The position numbers and the translations under genes are program-made. A DNA stretch of 64,000 nucleotides from positions 620,001-684,000 of the forward strand of contig VJWM01000011.1 in the NCBI GenBank assembly GCA_010909165.1, read 5' to 3'. Source of the DNA: Anthoceros angustus. Taxonomy: Eukaryota > Plantae > Anthocerotophyta. Positions 1 to 12,252 of this stretch are shown here, piece by piece. The notes below the pieces were generated by a model. The model saw only the letters and a list, made by a program, of their open reading frames with translations, searched no databases and had not been told where the DNA came from. Numbering within the stretch: the stretch's first letter is position 1; the number at the start of each line of letters is the position of its first letter.

Positions 1-1216
1 AGAAAGCCAGAGCGATACTCTTCTGCTGCACCCCTGACACGTGAGTTTTGGCTTCACCGCTGGTCTCTCTTCCAGTGGGCTCCGTCTTATGCTGTTTGCG
101 TGCTGTGGCAATAGCGGATGCTCGTCAACGCATTGTCTCCGAGCGATTTGATTACAAAAACAACGTTGTCATATCTGTTGCGGTGAGTAGGCAGTCCTGC
201 TGCTGGTGGCGAAATGTTTGGCACCTAAGGTTAGGCAATTTTGTATCTGTCTGATTCCTGTTGCACTGTATTCTGGATTAGGTTGGCCCCCCAAACTTTA
301 CATTCTTGAAGTCGAAAGACTCGAGCACCTGGGATGCCAAAGATGTTGCTCGTTCGGTTCTCTCTGACAAATCTACTTCGGTATACATGCCTCGTACTCT
401 CCTCCTGCGTGGCTTTATTTTACAAGGTGGGCTTCAACTAACGCGCCGTTCCACTGTGGCTACAGAGAATGACAAGTGGTCAACGAGTGGTTGAAGTGGC
501 GATTCTGGATGCACACAGCCAAGTGGTAATCACACTAGACTATTGCCTTCCCTCTGTTGCTATGGTGCTAGGAATTCTATCTTGCTTCACTGCATTGGAA
601 GCAGGCAGTCCCCTTCTCCTCTCTTTCCCTTTCCGGACCACAGGTTCTATCAGCTCACTAAGGCTGATGTTTCCTCAGATTGATGGCGTGACGTATTGGT
701 ACTACGAATATCTGACGCAGAAGTCGCCTACAACTGCTGTAAGCTCTGTGGTGGGAAGGAACACTTCGCAACTACTGTGGGCCTGTGTCATTACTTCTTC
801 CACCTCACCAGAACAATTGTATCTTTGGCAGGTGTACTCTGCAGATGTATACCGGCATTCCCTAGCTGCCAGCGCCGAGAGGGAAGGTCAGCGAAAGTGT
901 GAACCTAAAGCTGCGAGTTCCGGTTCCTTGTCGCATCAGATTTGCTGATGACTTGTTGGGTGGTATTTGGGTCCAGGCTACTTGTACTCTATAAACGCTT
1001 CCGCCCTTGATACACGATGGAACACAGTACGCTACATTAATCCTTCTACTGCTGAAGTGGGTTCCTGAGTCAGGTGTTTGTGACATGGTCTTGACTGCGT
1101 GATCTCCCCTCTTGCAGATGGGACCTCTGCTGAATCCGTGCGTGGCGTCATTCCGTTTAACGCCCCCGACAGAAGAATATGTCCCACCCTACAAAGACCC
1201 ATGGCGATTTTGGTGA
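1..1216 (+). CDS. PPD5: PsbP-domain protein 5 (thylakoid lumen), multi-exon, 5' end outside window
   Basis: GT-AG exons join to give RKPERYSSAAPLTPDARQRIVSERFD..., DGVTYWYYEYLTQKSPT, YRHSLAASAEREGYLYSINAS and the C-terminus PPTEEYVPPYKDPWRFW*, which matches the recognisable PPD5 C-terminus. Confidence 0.85.
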
Positions 1217-2059
1217 CACATAGCTAACTTCCTTCACGACCGTCTTCATGAGAAACAGCAATTTTCTTAGAGCAGGTAGTCACCAGCTCATCCATCTAAG
1301 AATTGACCCATCCAACACCATGGAGCTGTGACCTCATGCGTCTCTCGTCATGCGCATCTTCTCTTCGGAGCTAGTTACATGATGCTACTCAGAATCTAGG
1401 AGTTCCTTATCAGCAGGTTGGGTGGTTGTTGGGCCTTGTATTGTCTTAGATGCAAAGGTGTAAGTGACGAAGGTGTAGAAGGCCAGGTTGATGGTACTCA
1501 GCACTACCAGCATCTAGTAGAACCGCAGCAGTGGCAGGTTGACTGTATGCTCAGCCCTTCCAGCATCCAGTAGAACCGCAGGAGAGCAGGACGACGATCC
1601 AGACACTTCGATTGGGTATAGCGAGACAGTTTGCTTCAAGGAATATGAAAAGAAGCATCTGGTTAAAGAAGATCCACGTATGTTCTCAGACGTCCTCTTA
1701 CCTCCCCACCCGGTACGTTGTGACCGGCACGACTCATCTCACCCCTTATAGCCGGTCCCGTCGACACGCTCGGCCTCGTCACCCCCCATCCCTTAAATGG
1801 AAGGCCCAATCTTGGTCCCGGTCCGCAACGCCGTGATCCATGCCTTATGAGTACATTTAGCAGCACCGTGACCGATGTATTATGTAGGGTTCACAAGGGC
1901 TACCAGGGCCGCGGGTCCGTCCGGCGTGTCTGGGCGTCTACCCACGGCTCCGTCGGGCGAATTCGATGTCGAATACGAAACGATGTTTTTCTGAAGTAAG
2001 AGAGGACACAATTTCTGGGTTAAAGTCTCATGATAATCATCATTTACTAACAAACTTGT

Positions 2060-2590
2060 GGGTGAGTGTCTTGAAAGGGTTGATAGACAATGATGCCCAT
2101 CAGGCTATATGTGATCTTGCCGAGCTATGTCAGTGGCTTTGTTGAAAGGAAATTTGTCGAAGGAAGGATTATATTCTTTGTGTGAAGGTGAAATACGTGG
2201 AAGTGATGTGTGTAGTGGGAAGAGAGTTTCCAACAACATTCTTGACAAGTCAAGTGCATGTTGTTATTGATCTTGTATGAGAGGTCAAAATATGTAAACC
2301 AATGCAATATGGATGGGTGTATTTTTTAGAACGGCACTTCAACACTTGTGAGACAGAATGCCTACCAGAAGCACGCATGGCTTTTGGGCACATAGGACAG
2401 GAGGCAATGCTCTATTGCTCAAAGTTTTTTGGAAAACTTCATGATAGAGAATCACATATGTGGGGATCACAGGAGGATCTGAATAAATGTGGAGAAGTGT
2501 TGCAAGGAAAGGGTAAGAGATACAAACTTTCAAACGTCGAATGGAAACAATTTGTGCAGAGTGTTGGTGGAAAACTCCAAGTTTACTAAG
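2060..2590 (+). mobile_element. Degenerate CACTA/En-Spm transposase (TnpD, DUF4218-like) remnant
   Basis: Translation FPTTFLTSQVHVVIDLV*EVKICKPMQYGWVYFLERHFNT...PEARMAFGHIGQEAMLYCS resembles the TnpD motif FPPSFFDIMVHLxxHLxxE..GP...WMYPFER....PEGS.A.GY..EE; contains stops. Confidence 0.55.
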
Positions 2591-2619
2591 GTACGGAAAA
2601 TAAGATATCATATTTGATA

Positions 2620-4350
2620 GATGAGTTCATTCGTTTTTGTTGGTCGACCAGCCAGAGTTGTGGCTACTCGAGGCAAGGGCGGGCCTAGGTGAAGGAGGCC
2701 GCCCACTATGCAACACGCGATGATGGCCTCGCTAAAGAAGGCCTGGCCAGCTCGAGGCAGGGCTGTGTTTTTCTTCCCGCCCTCACGGCCAAGATGATTC
2801 CAAGGGGCGGGGAAAGCATGAGACACGGCGTCAATAAATAGTGTGGCAAGGTGAGAAGAGAGGGAGATAGGATCAGCAAAACGGAATAAATCCCCATGAA
2901 TGCCCGCAAGGTCCGATGTGCTACCACTTCTCAGTTTCCGCATAGCACGAGCCACAAGATGGGTGTTGAAAAACCTAAGGCCGGGATCAGAGGAAATAGG
3001 GGCTGGGAGGGCAAAGGGGATGTGGTAAAGACTATGAACATAGGAGACCAGCTCAAAGTCACCTTTGAGCAGGATGGGGGAATGGGTATGGAATTCCTTC
3101 CCAAAAGCAGAGGCACTAGGAGACGACCAGAGGAGGGAAGTAAGACGGATGTGTTCAGATCGGAGGAATTGAGACTTTTTCATGGAAAGAAAAGCTTTGT
3201 AAGGTTTGACAATGGCTTTGTAGAGGGGGGAATGATGAGACCCAGGGGGGAGGTGAAGCTAGCGCAAGGTAAGACATAATTGAGAGCGCATGGACTTAGC
3301 AGCGACCCGAGAAAGAAAGGGGAGGTCAGGGGGGATGGAAGCTAGGAAGGAACAGAGCATGTGGGAGAATTGGGGAACAAATTCATGGGAGAAGGTAAAT
3401 TTGTTGATGGACCATTTGTGGAATGAAGGGGAAGAGTGGTGGCGGAAAAGGTACGGAGATCAAAATAGTCAACAGCATGATCAGACTCCACACAAACGGA
3501 GTCGATGGTCCTCAGGTTGGAGATACGCGAAAGGAGCCGGACATCACCAAGCTGGTCTCACTACTTCATTAACTTCCCCATGTGCGAGGCAATTGAAGCA
3601 CAAAGTACATACAAAAATGACCGATAATTATCCTAAGGTTGAAGGACACATGATTGCAAAGATAGAGTGGAAGGAAGGGTCTCCCAGACTTGGAGAGGAT
3701 ATAAAATTATTGTTTGTAAGTCTGGAGTTTAGTGGGTAAGGATCTAGAGACGGGAGATCATGTGTAGGAGAGATAGGCGGATTGCAATTCATTGCGAATG
3801 CACCTATTAGAAGGAGGAGGCAAAACTTGGAAGAGGGGGTGGGCCGGGAGACTTTCAGGACAGAAGACAAGATTTTTAAGCCATCCGAGGACTGGGCATA
3901 CCAGCGAGTCTTAGTACCTAAAGAGGCTAACTTCCAAGAGGATTGGAAAGCAAGGAGGAGGTACGGGCGAGTGGAGGTGGGGTTACTGGACTGAGCTTCC
4001 TCTAAAGAATAGAGGTGGTACAGGAAGTTGGTTGCAGCCGAAGAAAGGATGTCTGAACTTGTTCCACCTTGCTCAAATCATCTTGTGAAAGATTGGGCCC
4101 CAAAACTCCACAGCATACATAACGGAGGGAACAACAACTGTGTTGAAAAACCGTTGCTGAGTGAGGATGTCCTTGATGTGCATCCTAGAGCATTGCCTCC
4201 GAACCCACATGCAGATGCCACACCCTTGACAATGTGAGTGGTAGCAAATAGCTTACACCGAAATTTTGGGCCGTAGAGAGTTACACCCAGGTACACATAA
4301 CACCTAACAATATCAAGGGGCTGGCCATTATAGAAGAACTACAAATTGTG
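2620..4350 (-). mobile_element. Degenerate LINE (APE endonuclease plus start of RT) remnant
   Basis: Minus-strand pieces LLLLIGAFAMN (GDFN-like) and RKLRSGSTSDLAGIHGDL...LATLF...FPAPWNHLG (K.PG.DG / P..W-like RT entry); frameshifted; purine-rich plus strand. Confidence 0.45.
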
Positions 4351-4632
4351 ATCGTCCGGTTCCCTTTCTATTGAAGAACATCACTTTGATCTTATTCAAA
4401 TTCATCTCCAAGTTCTTGGCCTTGCATAAATGGGGAACAGCCCACTCGAAGACTAGCCGCCCCCAAGATGTGCAGAAGCTGTACTCGTTGTACGCATGAA
4501 GTACTCTAGGGTAGAAAGAGTCCGCGGCTCGCCTGACAAGTCAAACACGTGGCCTGGTCATGTGTAGTTGCACAGTTGCATCCGTAATGCATCATGTTCA
4601 ATTTTTTTGTCGCACACTGCACACGACAACTG

Positions 4633-5173
4633 GTCAGATCCCCCTAATTGGGACTGGTTCGGAGTGCCTTTAGAGATCCCATTAAGGGAGGTGTCCCGAT
4701 TATATTTTCCCTATTTAAAAATAATAAAAATATTATAAAATCTAAAAAATCAAAAAATATCCAAAAACAAAGAAAAATTTAAATTTTGATTGATAGGTTT
4801 CACTAAAAATAACTTTTACCACTTTTCTATATAGTTGTTTGAAAGCTAGCGCTTTCTCTAAGCAACATAAAAAAACCTATACCTATCATAAAGGAAAAAG
4901 CTTAGCTTAAGAGTCTTCAATCACACCTAAAAGTCTATTGTGCTCTGAAATAATCCATTCTTTTTTCTTTCTTTTTTAATTTTTTTAGTAAAAAAAATAA
5001 AAATCCCATTTAGGGAGGTGAAACTAACATGAATGTATGTTTCAAAAGGTCCCAATTATCATTTAGGGAAAAATCCCATTTATTACATTGTAAACTAAAG
5101 GGAGTAGGATGGGAGGTCCCATTTAGAGAGGAATCCCATTTATAGAGTTCCCAATTAGGGGGGGCCGACTGTA
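4633..5173. mobile_element. AT-rich MITE, probably Tc1/mariner-pogo type
   Basis: Inverted termini CCCCTAATTGGGA (4641) and TCCCAATTAGGGG (5149); right end ...GGCCGACTG followed by TA; non-coding AT-rich interior; second copy at 14738. Confidence 0.6.
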
Positions 5174-5426
5174 TGTATATTGGTCACGTGTTGGAGATGA
5201 AATTTTGCCAGGCTAGCATTGGTTGACGCTCAACGTGGTTGGTGAGTTGATAAGTCTCCACGACTGCAACGGAGGAGACGCGGGCTCTAATTCCACGCTC
5301 GCCTCTCCGGCCGACTGCCTTGCCACCTTCCACTGAGACAAGAGCGCACATACAGTGATTGCCTTCCGCGGAGGCAGTGGAGATGAGGAAGGTTGGGAAG
5401 AGTGGATGGGCTGAGAGGGAGCGGGC

Positions 5427-8400
5427 ATGATGTCCATACTTCCATCCTGTGCCGGGGGCCACTGGCACGCAGCCTGGAGGCTCTGCTTGCGGATTCTGCT
5501 GCTGCAGCTGCTCCTGATGACGATGGTGGACGTGGAGGGAGCGTCCCCGGCGGAAGTGAGCGCGCTGCGCAAGTTGCAGGCCGCGCTCCACGATCCGCAG
5601 GGGGGATTGCGGTCGTGGGTGCAGGGCTCGGATCCCTGCGCGTCGTGGTGGGGGGTGACTTGCAGCAACAGCACCCTTGGCAATGCGGTGGTGGGCTTGG
5701 ACCTGAGCAATGCGGGGCTGTCGGGTAGCATCTCCCCCGCCATCGGGGCGCTGTCCAGCCTGCAGAGCCTGAACCTGAGCAGCAACCGGCTCACGGGGAG
5801 CCTGCCCCCGGAGCTGGGCAACCTCACCCACCTCACCACCCTGAAGCTGTCCGAGAACAGCCTCAGCGGCTCCATCCCGCCCGACCTCTTCAACATCTCC
5901 TCCCTGGTGGAGGTGTACCTGTGCTCCAACAGGCTCACCGGCGGGCTGCCCGCGGCGGTGGGATCGCTGCCCAAACTCCACACTCTGGCCGTGTTCGACA
6001 ACGCGCTCACGGGGAGCCTGCCGCCCTCCTTCCGCTCCCCCGCGCTCTCCCTGCTGCTGGCCTTCGACAACCCGGAGCTGGGCGGCAGCATCCCCGGCGG
6101 GCTCTGCCGGGGGCAATCGCTCACAATGCTGGCGCTCTTCAACACCAGCGTAGCGGGGGCCATCCCCCCCGACCTGGCCGAGTGCACCTCGCTACAGCGC
6201 CTCCGGATCGCAACCGGTTCCATCCTCACCGGGGGCATCCCCAGCTTCTGTCTGTATCCGCAACCGGACTTGAATTACGTGGAGCTTAGCGGCAACCAGC
6301 TGGCCGGCGGCATCCCTCCCAGCTTCGGGAGCTGCCCCGCGCTGGAAACGTTGAAGCTGGATGGCAACCTGCTGGTCGGGCCGGTTCCTGGGGAGCTGGG
6401 GAATGCCTCCAAGCTCACGGTTTTGAACCTCTCCAGGAACCAGCTCATCGGCAGCATTCCCCCTCAGCTCGGGGCTCTGTCTTCGCTTTCCAGCCTGGTG
6501 CTGTCCGGGAACAAGCTCTCGGGGCCTGTGCCGCAGGAGCTCTTCACTGGGCTCTCCTCGCTGCAGACTCTCCACCTGACCGACAACCAGTTGCAAGGGG
6601 AGCTGCCTGCATCCATCTCCGGGCTCAAGAGTGTGCAGCATTTGGACCTGGCGGGGAACAGGTTCTCGGGAAGCATTCCCCCGGAGCTCGGGGACCTTGT
6701 CACCCTAATGTATGGGCTGAATCTGAGCCACAATGCGTTCAACGGAACCATCCCTGCCTCCCTGGGTGGGCTCGCCAAGCTGCAGGGTCTGGATTTGTCC
6801 TACAACAATCTGTCGGGCCGGATTCCCGCGTCTCTGGGCGCCTTGACAGCCTTGTCCTTCCTCAACCTCTCCTACAACCCCGGGCTGTCGGGCCCCGTCC
6901 CGGACTCCCCGACATTCAACAAGTTCTCCCGGTCTTCCTTTCTGGGGAATCCGGGACTTTGCGGTTCCGTGCTTTCCGACTGCGGCGGGGGCGGAGGCAG
7001 CAGCAGCGAGAGTAGCAGCAGCAGCAGCAGCAGCAGAAAGAGCAAGCTAAGGACTGGGGTGTTGGTGGGAGTCATCGTTGCCGTGGCTGTGATATGTGTG
7101 GGACTGCTCCTGGCTGGTCGGATCGGCATTGGCAAGTGGGCACGTTGTGCCAAGGTCCCGCTTCTTGTCCCGGATGTGTACCGGAAGTTCACCTTCCAGG
7201 AGATCATGGTCGCTACCAACAGCCTGAGTCACAGGAACCTCATCGGGCAGGGAGGGTACGGGCAGGTGTACAAGGGCCTGCTAAACTCCGGCCAGGAGAT
7301 TGCGGTGAAGAAGATGAGAGTAAAGGAAGAGGATCCCAACCTGTTTCAGAGCTACATGACGGAAATCCAGACGGCAGGTCAAGTCAGGCACCGTAACATC
7401 GTCAAGCTCATAGGCTACTGCAAGCACAAGCACACGGCGCTCATTCTGTACGAGTACCATCCCTTGGGTAGCCTGGGGGATGTCCTGTACAAGAGGAAGA
7501 GGAATGGCATGGACCTGGACTGGGAGCTGCGCTACAAGATTGCTCTGGGCACAGCGCAAGCCATTTCTTACCTTCACTCGGACTGCGTCCCTCAGGTCCT
7601 GCACAGGGATATCAACAGCAACAACATCCTTCTGGACCAGGACTTCGTTCCCCGTGTCACAGATTTCAGGTTGCCAAGCTGATGACTCCTGTGGACGGAT
7701 CCGGAGGAGGATGGCAACCATGTCAGCCATCACGGGATCTGTAGGCTACATCGCCCTGGTGAGTCCACCTACCTCGTGCTTGTGATGTTCTTTTCAAGTC
7801 TACACTCACACCCGCACGCACGTCTGAGACACAAGCGCTTGGGAGTTTTGTTAAAACCCTAGCGTGGTGGTGTCCGGGAACAAGCTCTCGGGGCCTGTGC
7901 ACTGCAGGAGCTCTTCACTGGGCTCTCCTCGCTGCAGACTCTCCACCTGACCGACAACCAGTTGCAGGAGCTGCCTGCATCCATCTCCAGGCTCAAGAGT
8001 GTGCAGCATTTGGACCTGGGGAACAGGTTCTCGGAAGCATTCCCCGGAGCTGGGGACCTTGTCACCCTAATGTATGGGCTGAATCTGAGCCACAATGCGT
8101 TCAACGGAACCATCCCTGCCTCCCTGGGTGGGCTCGCCAAGCTGCAGGGTCTGGATTTGTCCTACAACAATCTGTCGGGCCGGATTCCCGCGTCTCTGGG
8201 CGCCTTGACAGCCTTGTCCTTCCTCAACCTCTCCTACAACCCTGGGCTGTCGGGCCCCGTCCAGACTCCCCGACATTCAACAAGTTCTCCCGGTCTTCCT
8301 TTCTGGGGAATCCGGGACTTTGCGGTTCCGTGCTTTCCGACTGCGGCGGGGGCGGAGGCAGCAGCAGCGAGTAGCAGCAGCAGCAGCAGCAGAAAGAGCA

Positions 8401-9613
8401 AGCTAAGGACTGGGGTGTTGGTGGGAGTCATCGTTGCCGTGGCTGTGATATGTGTGGGACTGCTCCTGGCTGGTCGGATCGGCATTGGCAAGTGGGCACG
8501 TTGTGCCAAGGTCCCGCTTCTTGTCCCGGATGTGTACCGGAAGTTCACCTTCCAGGAGATCATGGTCGCTACCAACAGCCTGAGTCACAGGAACCTCATC
8601 GGGCAGGGAGGGTACGGGCAGGTGTACAAGGGCCTGCTAAACTCCGGCCAGGAGATTGCGGTGAAGAAGATGAGAGTAAAGGAAGAGGATCCCAACCTGT
8701 TTCAGAGCTACATGACGGAAATCAGACGGCAGGTCAAGTCAGGCACCGTAACATCGTCAAGCTCATAGGCTACTGCAAGCACAAGCACACGGCGCTCATT
8801 CTGTACGAGTACCATCCCTTGGGTAGCCTGGGGGATGTCCTGTACAAGAGGAAGAGGAATGGCATGGACCTGGACTGGGAGCTGCGCTACAAGATTGCTC
8901 TGGGCACAGCGCAAGCCATTTCTTACCTTCACTCGGACTGCGTCCCTCAGGTCCTGCACAGGGATATCAACAGCAACAACATCCTTCTGGACCAGGACTT
9001 CGTTCCCCGTGTCACAGATTTCGGAGTTGCCAAGCTGATGACTCCTGTGGACGGATCCGGAGGGAGGATGGCAACCATGTCAGCCATCACGGGATCTGTA
9101 GGCTACATCGCCCCTGGTGAGTCCCACCTACCTCGTGCTTGTGATGTTCTTTTCAAGTCTACACTCACACCCGCACGCACGTCTGAGACACAAGCGCTTG
9201 GGAGTTTTGTTAAAACCCTAGCGTGGTGGTGGGTGGTCGCAGAGTACGCTTACACACTGAATGTGGGGGAGAAGAGTGATGTCTACAGCTACGGGGTTGT
9301 GCTGCTGGAGCTTCTCACGGGGAGGCGGCCTGCGGATCCCAGCTTCCAGGAGGGCATGGATTTGGTGCACTGGGTAAGGGACAGGCTCAAGAATAGTGAC
9401 ACCATCGATGTGGTGTTGGAGCAAGGGCTGCGCACGGCCATGCAAGCCTTAGGGCCTGAGGCTCAGGAGATCGCCTCCACACTCAGCGTAGCCATCCTAT
9501 GCACCCGTGACGCTCCCTCTGACAGGCCCACCATGAAGGAGGTGGAGAAGATGTTGCTCAGACTGAAGAGTTGCTCAGACCCGAATCTCATGGCCAGGAG
9601 CCCTTTGAATTAA
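5427..9613 (+). CDS. LRR receptor-like kinase, subfamily XI (CLV1/BAM/HAESA/RGI-like); interrupted by an internal 1.37-kb duplication in this assembly
   Basis: Signal peptide, many LxxLxLSxNxLSGxIP repeats, GNPGLCG cap, TM helix, kinase motifs GxGGYGxVYKG, HRDINSNNILL, DFGVAK, GSVGYIAP|EYAY with the LRR-XI-type intron at 9117-9242, stop at 9613. Confidence 0.85.
6502..9229 (+). repeat. Tandem duplication of ~1.37 kb of the RLK (6502-7870 / 7871-9229)
   Basis: Sequence jumps from inside the kinase intron back to TGTCCGGGAACAAGCTC; the copies differ mainly by single-base indels. Confidence 0.9.
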
Positions 9614-10299
9614 CTCGTCTGCTCAAATCCTGCGGCAGATGCAATCGACTCAGCAGAGTCTTGTCCACAAAGCGTGCGAGCCTGAGCTGATGTTGATGAC
9701 AAACAGTCTTCGGTTTCGGACATGATGTGGTGGAGGAGGTCATTTTTCGGCCGAAGGCGAACGCCTGACAGTGCAGATGTTGTTCTTGGACTCCTTGCCC
9801 CAAGCACTGTTGCCGTTTTTGGAGGTTCAGGAGAAGAAACTGGGCTGGCCGGGATGGCGTGGGGATCACGTGCGACCCATCCAAGCTGCAGCCAGAACAC
9901 GGAGTGTGGTGCCAAGGCGAGGTGGACTTGACGACCCTGTCGCCTGCTTGCTGGAAGACGCAGGAGGTGAGAAACTTGGGCCTGCAGAAGCTGGCCACAT
10001 GGGTGATCGATTTTGACATGGCCAAACCTTAACAAGGTGACGATGAGTAATATGTAAATTGCGCGAAGCGAGTGCCTGGACCAGCCCAGTTGCGATGTGC
10101 GGGTTTGGATGCTTGGGTATCGTTTGCTACTTTCCACGCGCTGCTGCAACGGCAGGCAGTCTGCAAGTCACATCTGTCGGGGTGTATCTTTCGCCCTTGT
10201 TTGTTTCTCTTCGATTCATACGTTGTGGGATTTGCATTGGTGAACTGGGTTTTGCATAGTCTACAAACTGCGAGCCTGGGGTACAGGTTGGGCACAGCA

Positions 10300-11290
10300 G
10301 AAAGAGAATGAAGCTTCACTGCAACTGTAATCGAAAGCTTCAATCCAGACGGCATCACGTTCTTTTGTTCTCTAATTTGTGGGAAGGCAACTTCATTGTG
10401 CTGCAGTTCTCTAGTTTGTGTACGAAGCTGCTTTTCTAATTCCAAATCTGGTGTGCCCACACATGCACATGCCTGCAGGAGGCAAACGAATGTCACAGGA
10501 TTGGGTGCAGCTAAGGCTTCTTCTTGCGTAACACTAAAAAGCTCGAGGGTCTTCTTCCCCAGACCCGGCTTAGACTATCCGGCTATCGTGGCACTCCAGG
10601 TTACCACATCTTTCCGAGGAAGTGCATGAAGAACACCCAGCATCCTCTAGGCCCCCGCACTTGGCATACATGTCTACCAAACTGCTAGCTACAAACACAT
10701 CAGTTTGAAGCCCTTGTTCTCTAATTTGTTTATGGAGCAGCTTCCCTTGCTCCACAGCCGTATTGCCAGCACTTTGCACATTGCAGGAGGAACACAAATG
10801 TCACAGAATCGGCTTGAACCATGCATTCCTCTTGCATAACTTGATAAAGACTAAGGGCTTCATGCCCTATACCCCGATGGGAGTATCCTCCTATCATGGC
10901 ATTCTAAGGGCACCTTATAAAGACTAAGGGCTGCATGCCCTACACCCCGATGGGGGTATCCTCCTATCATGGCATTCCATGCCACCACATCCTTTTAACC
11001 AAGTTTAGCAAAGATGCTCCGATCATGCGCAGCCTCTATGTTCCCAAATCTTGTATACACGTTCACGAGGCTCTCACCTACAACTAAGCCTCAAGTCCTT
11101 GTTGTCTACTCTGGGCATGAAGGTTTGATCCACCGTGGGAAGTTTGGTCGGCGTAAAAAAGGAGAAAGCTGACCACTGATACCTGTGTGAAGAACTCCTC
11201 AAAAAGCTGAAGAGGAGAATTGCGGAGCAAGCTGAAGTCCATGGCACCACATCACACTCGACGTTGTCAACCACCGGTTGCGGATGTTCT
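10300..11290 (-). pseudogene. Degenerate PLS-class pentatricopeptide repeat gene
   Basis: EQGKLLHKQIREQGLQTDVFVASSLVDMYAKCGGLEDA, two NAMIGGY-type motifs (10845-10980), TFVCLLQACAC and CDVVPWTS; many frameshifts and stops. Confidence 0.75.
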
Positions 11291-12252
11291 AAATTACGTA
11301 TGGTGAACTAAGATCCAACATTCAAGGAGCGTTTCCGTATCCTTGAATGTAGGTTGGACACGCGAGACTGTGGTGTTAAATCTGTGCACTTCCTTGATCT
11401 TTTAGTACCTTCCGTGCTTGTGGTACTATATACCATTATCGCAGAACAGAGGCCAACCGGAAGGCATGACGCATTGGCGACCTTAGGAAGGAAACTGGGA
11501 GGCTTGTTTTGGGATGTACATTTAGGCAGGTAATAGGATTCGGAAACAGATTAACAAGCCTGGCCCTTCACTGAAAACGTTGAGGGCCAAGACAAGCACT
11601 CGAGACTAGCCCGAGTACAATATTCTACAAACACGCACATCAAAAAGTTAACAAACCAGTTTAGCACTCTCAACTTGATCTTGTTACCCGTATGAAGCAC
11701 AGGTTTCCGTTAGAAATGCAACCACACACCTATGTTTCTCCGCATCACTCTGAGCTCCATCACGAAGCTCCTTCCAGTCCTCTTTGCATGACTTGCGTTC
11801 CGGACTGCTTCCTCATCTTGGTCAAGGCAGATTGCTCATCCTTCAAGATCATCTGCCAACCTGCTTCTGGGGAATACCATCCCAAAGCAATATCACATTT
11901 GGATTTGCAGGCTGCTGGACACCATTCCACAAAACTCCATGGTGGTCCCTACACTAAAATATATGAAAGTGTCAAGACAGCCCAAACGATCCTCAGAAAC
12001 TGTACATTTGATGACCTTAAGCCCAGACGATGTACCACATATCCAACTGATTGATCCCCTTTTCTTTCCAAGGTGGTTTCAGTACAGCTTGGTCACCTTG
12101 GTGTGGCCTGCGCTCCTTTGCTGCGCAGGCCACCTTGTGTGCCATAAAACTCCGGAGCTTGACTGGTGGACGACTAGAGGCCCATGGTGTCGAGCATAAG
12201 TATCCATCCTTTCAGGATACTCGGTCAGGCCCAGCAATGTCAGCTGTGGAGA

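Noticed and set aside
1440-1720. Possible F-box/LRR fragment (LRCKGVSDEGV) and ~55-bp imperfect duplication
   Set aside because: Too short and degenerate to support a call
5184-6641. Long minus-strand ORFs (310 aa, 341 aa, 149 aa)
   Set aside because: Antisense shadows of the GC-rich LRR coding region
9610-10149. 179-aa minus-strand ORF whose stop overlaps the RLK stop in a shared TTAA
   Set aside because: No recognisable domain; probably the RLK 3' UTR, and the shared TTAA can occur by chance
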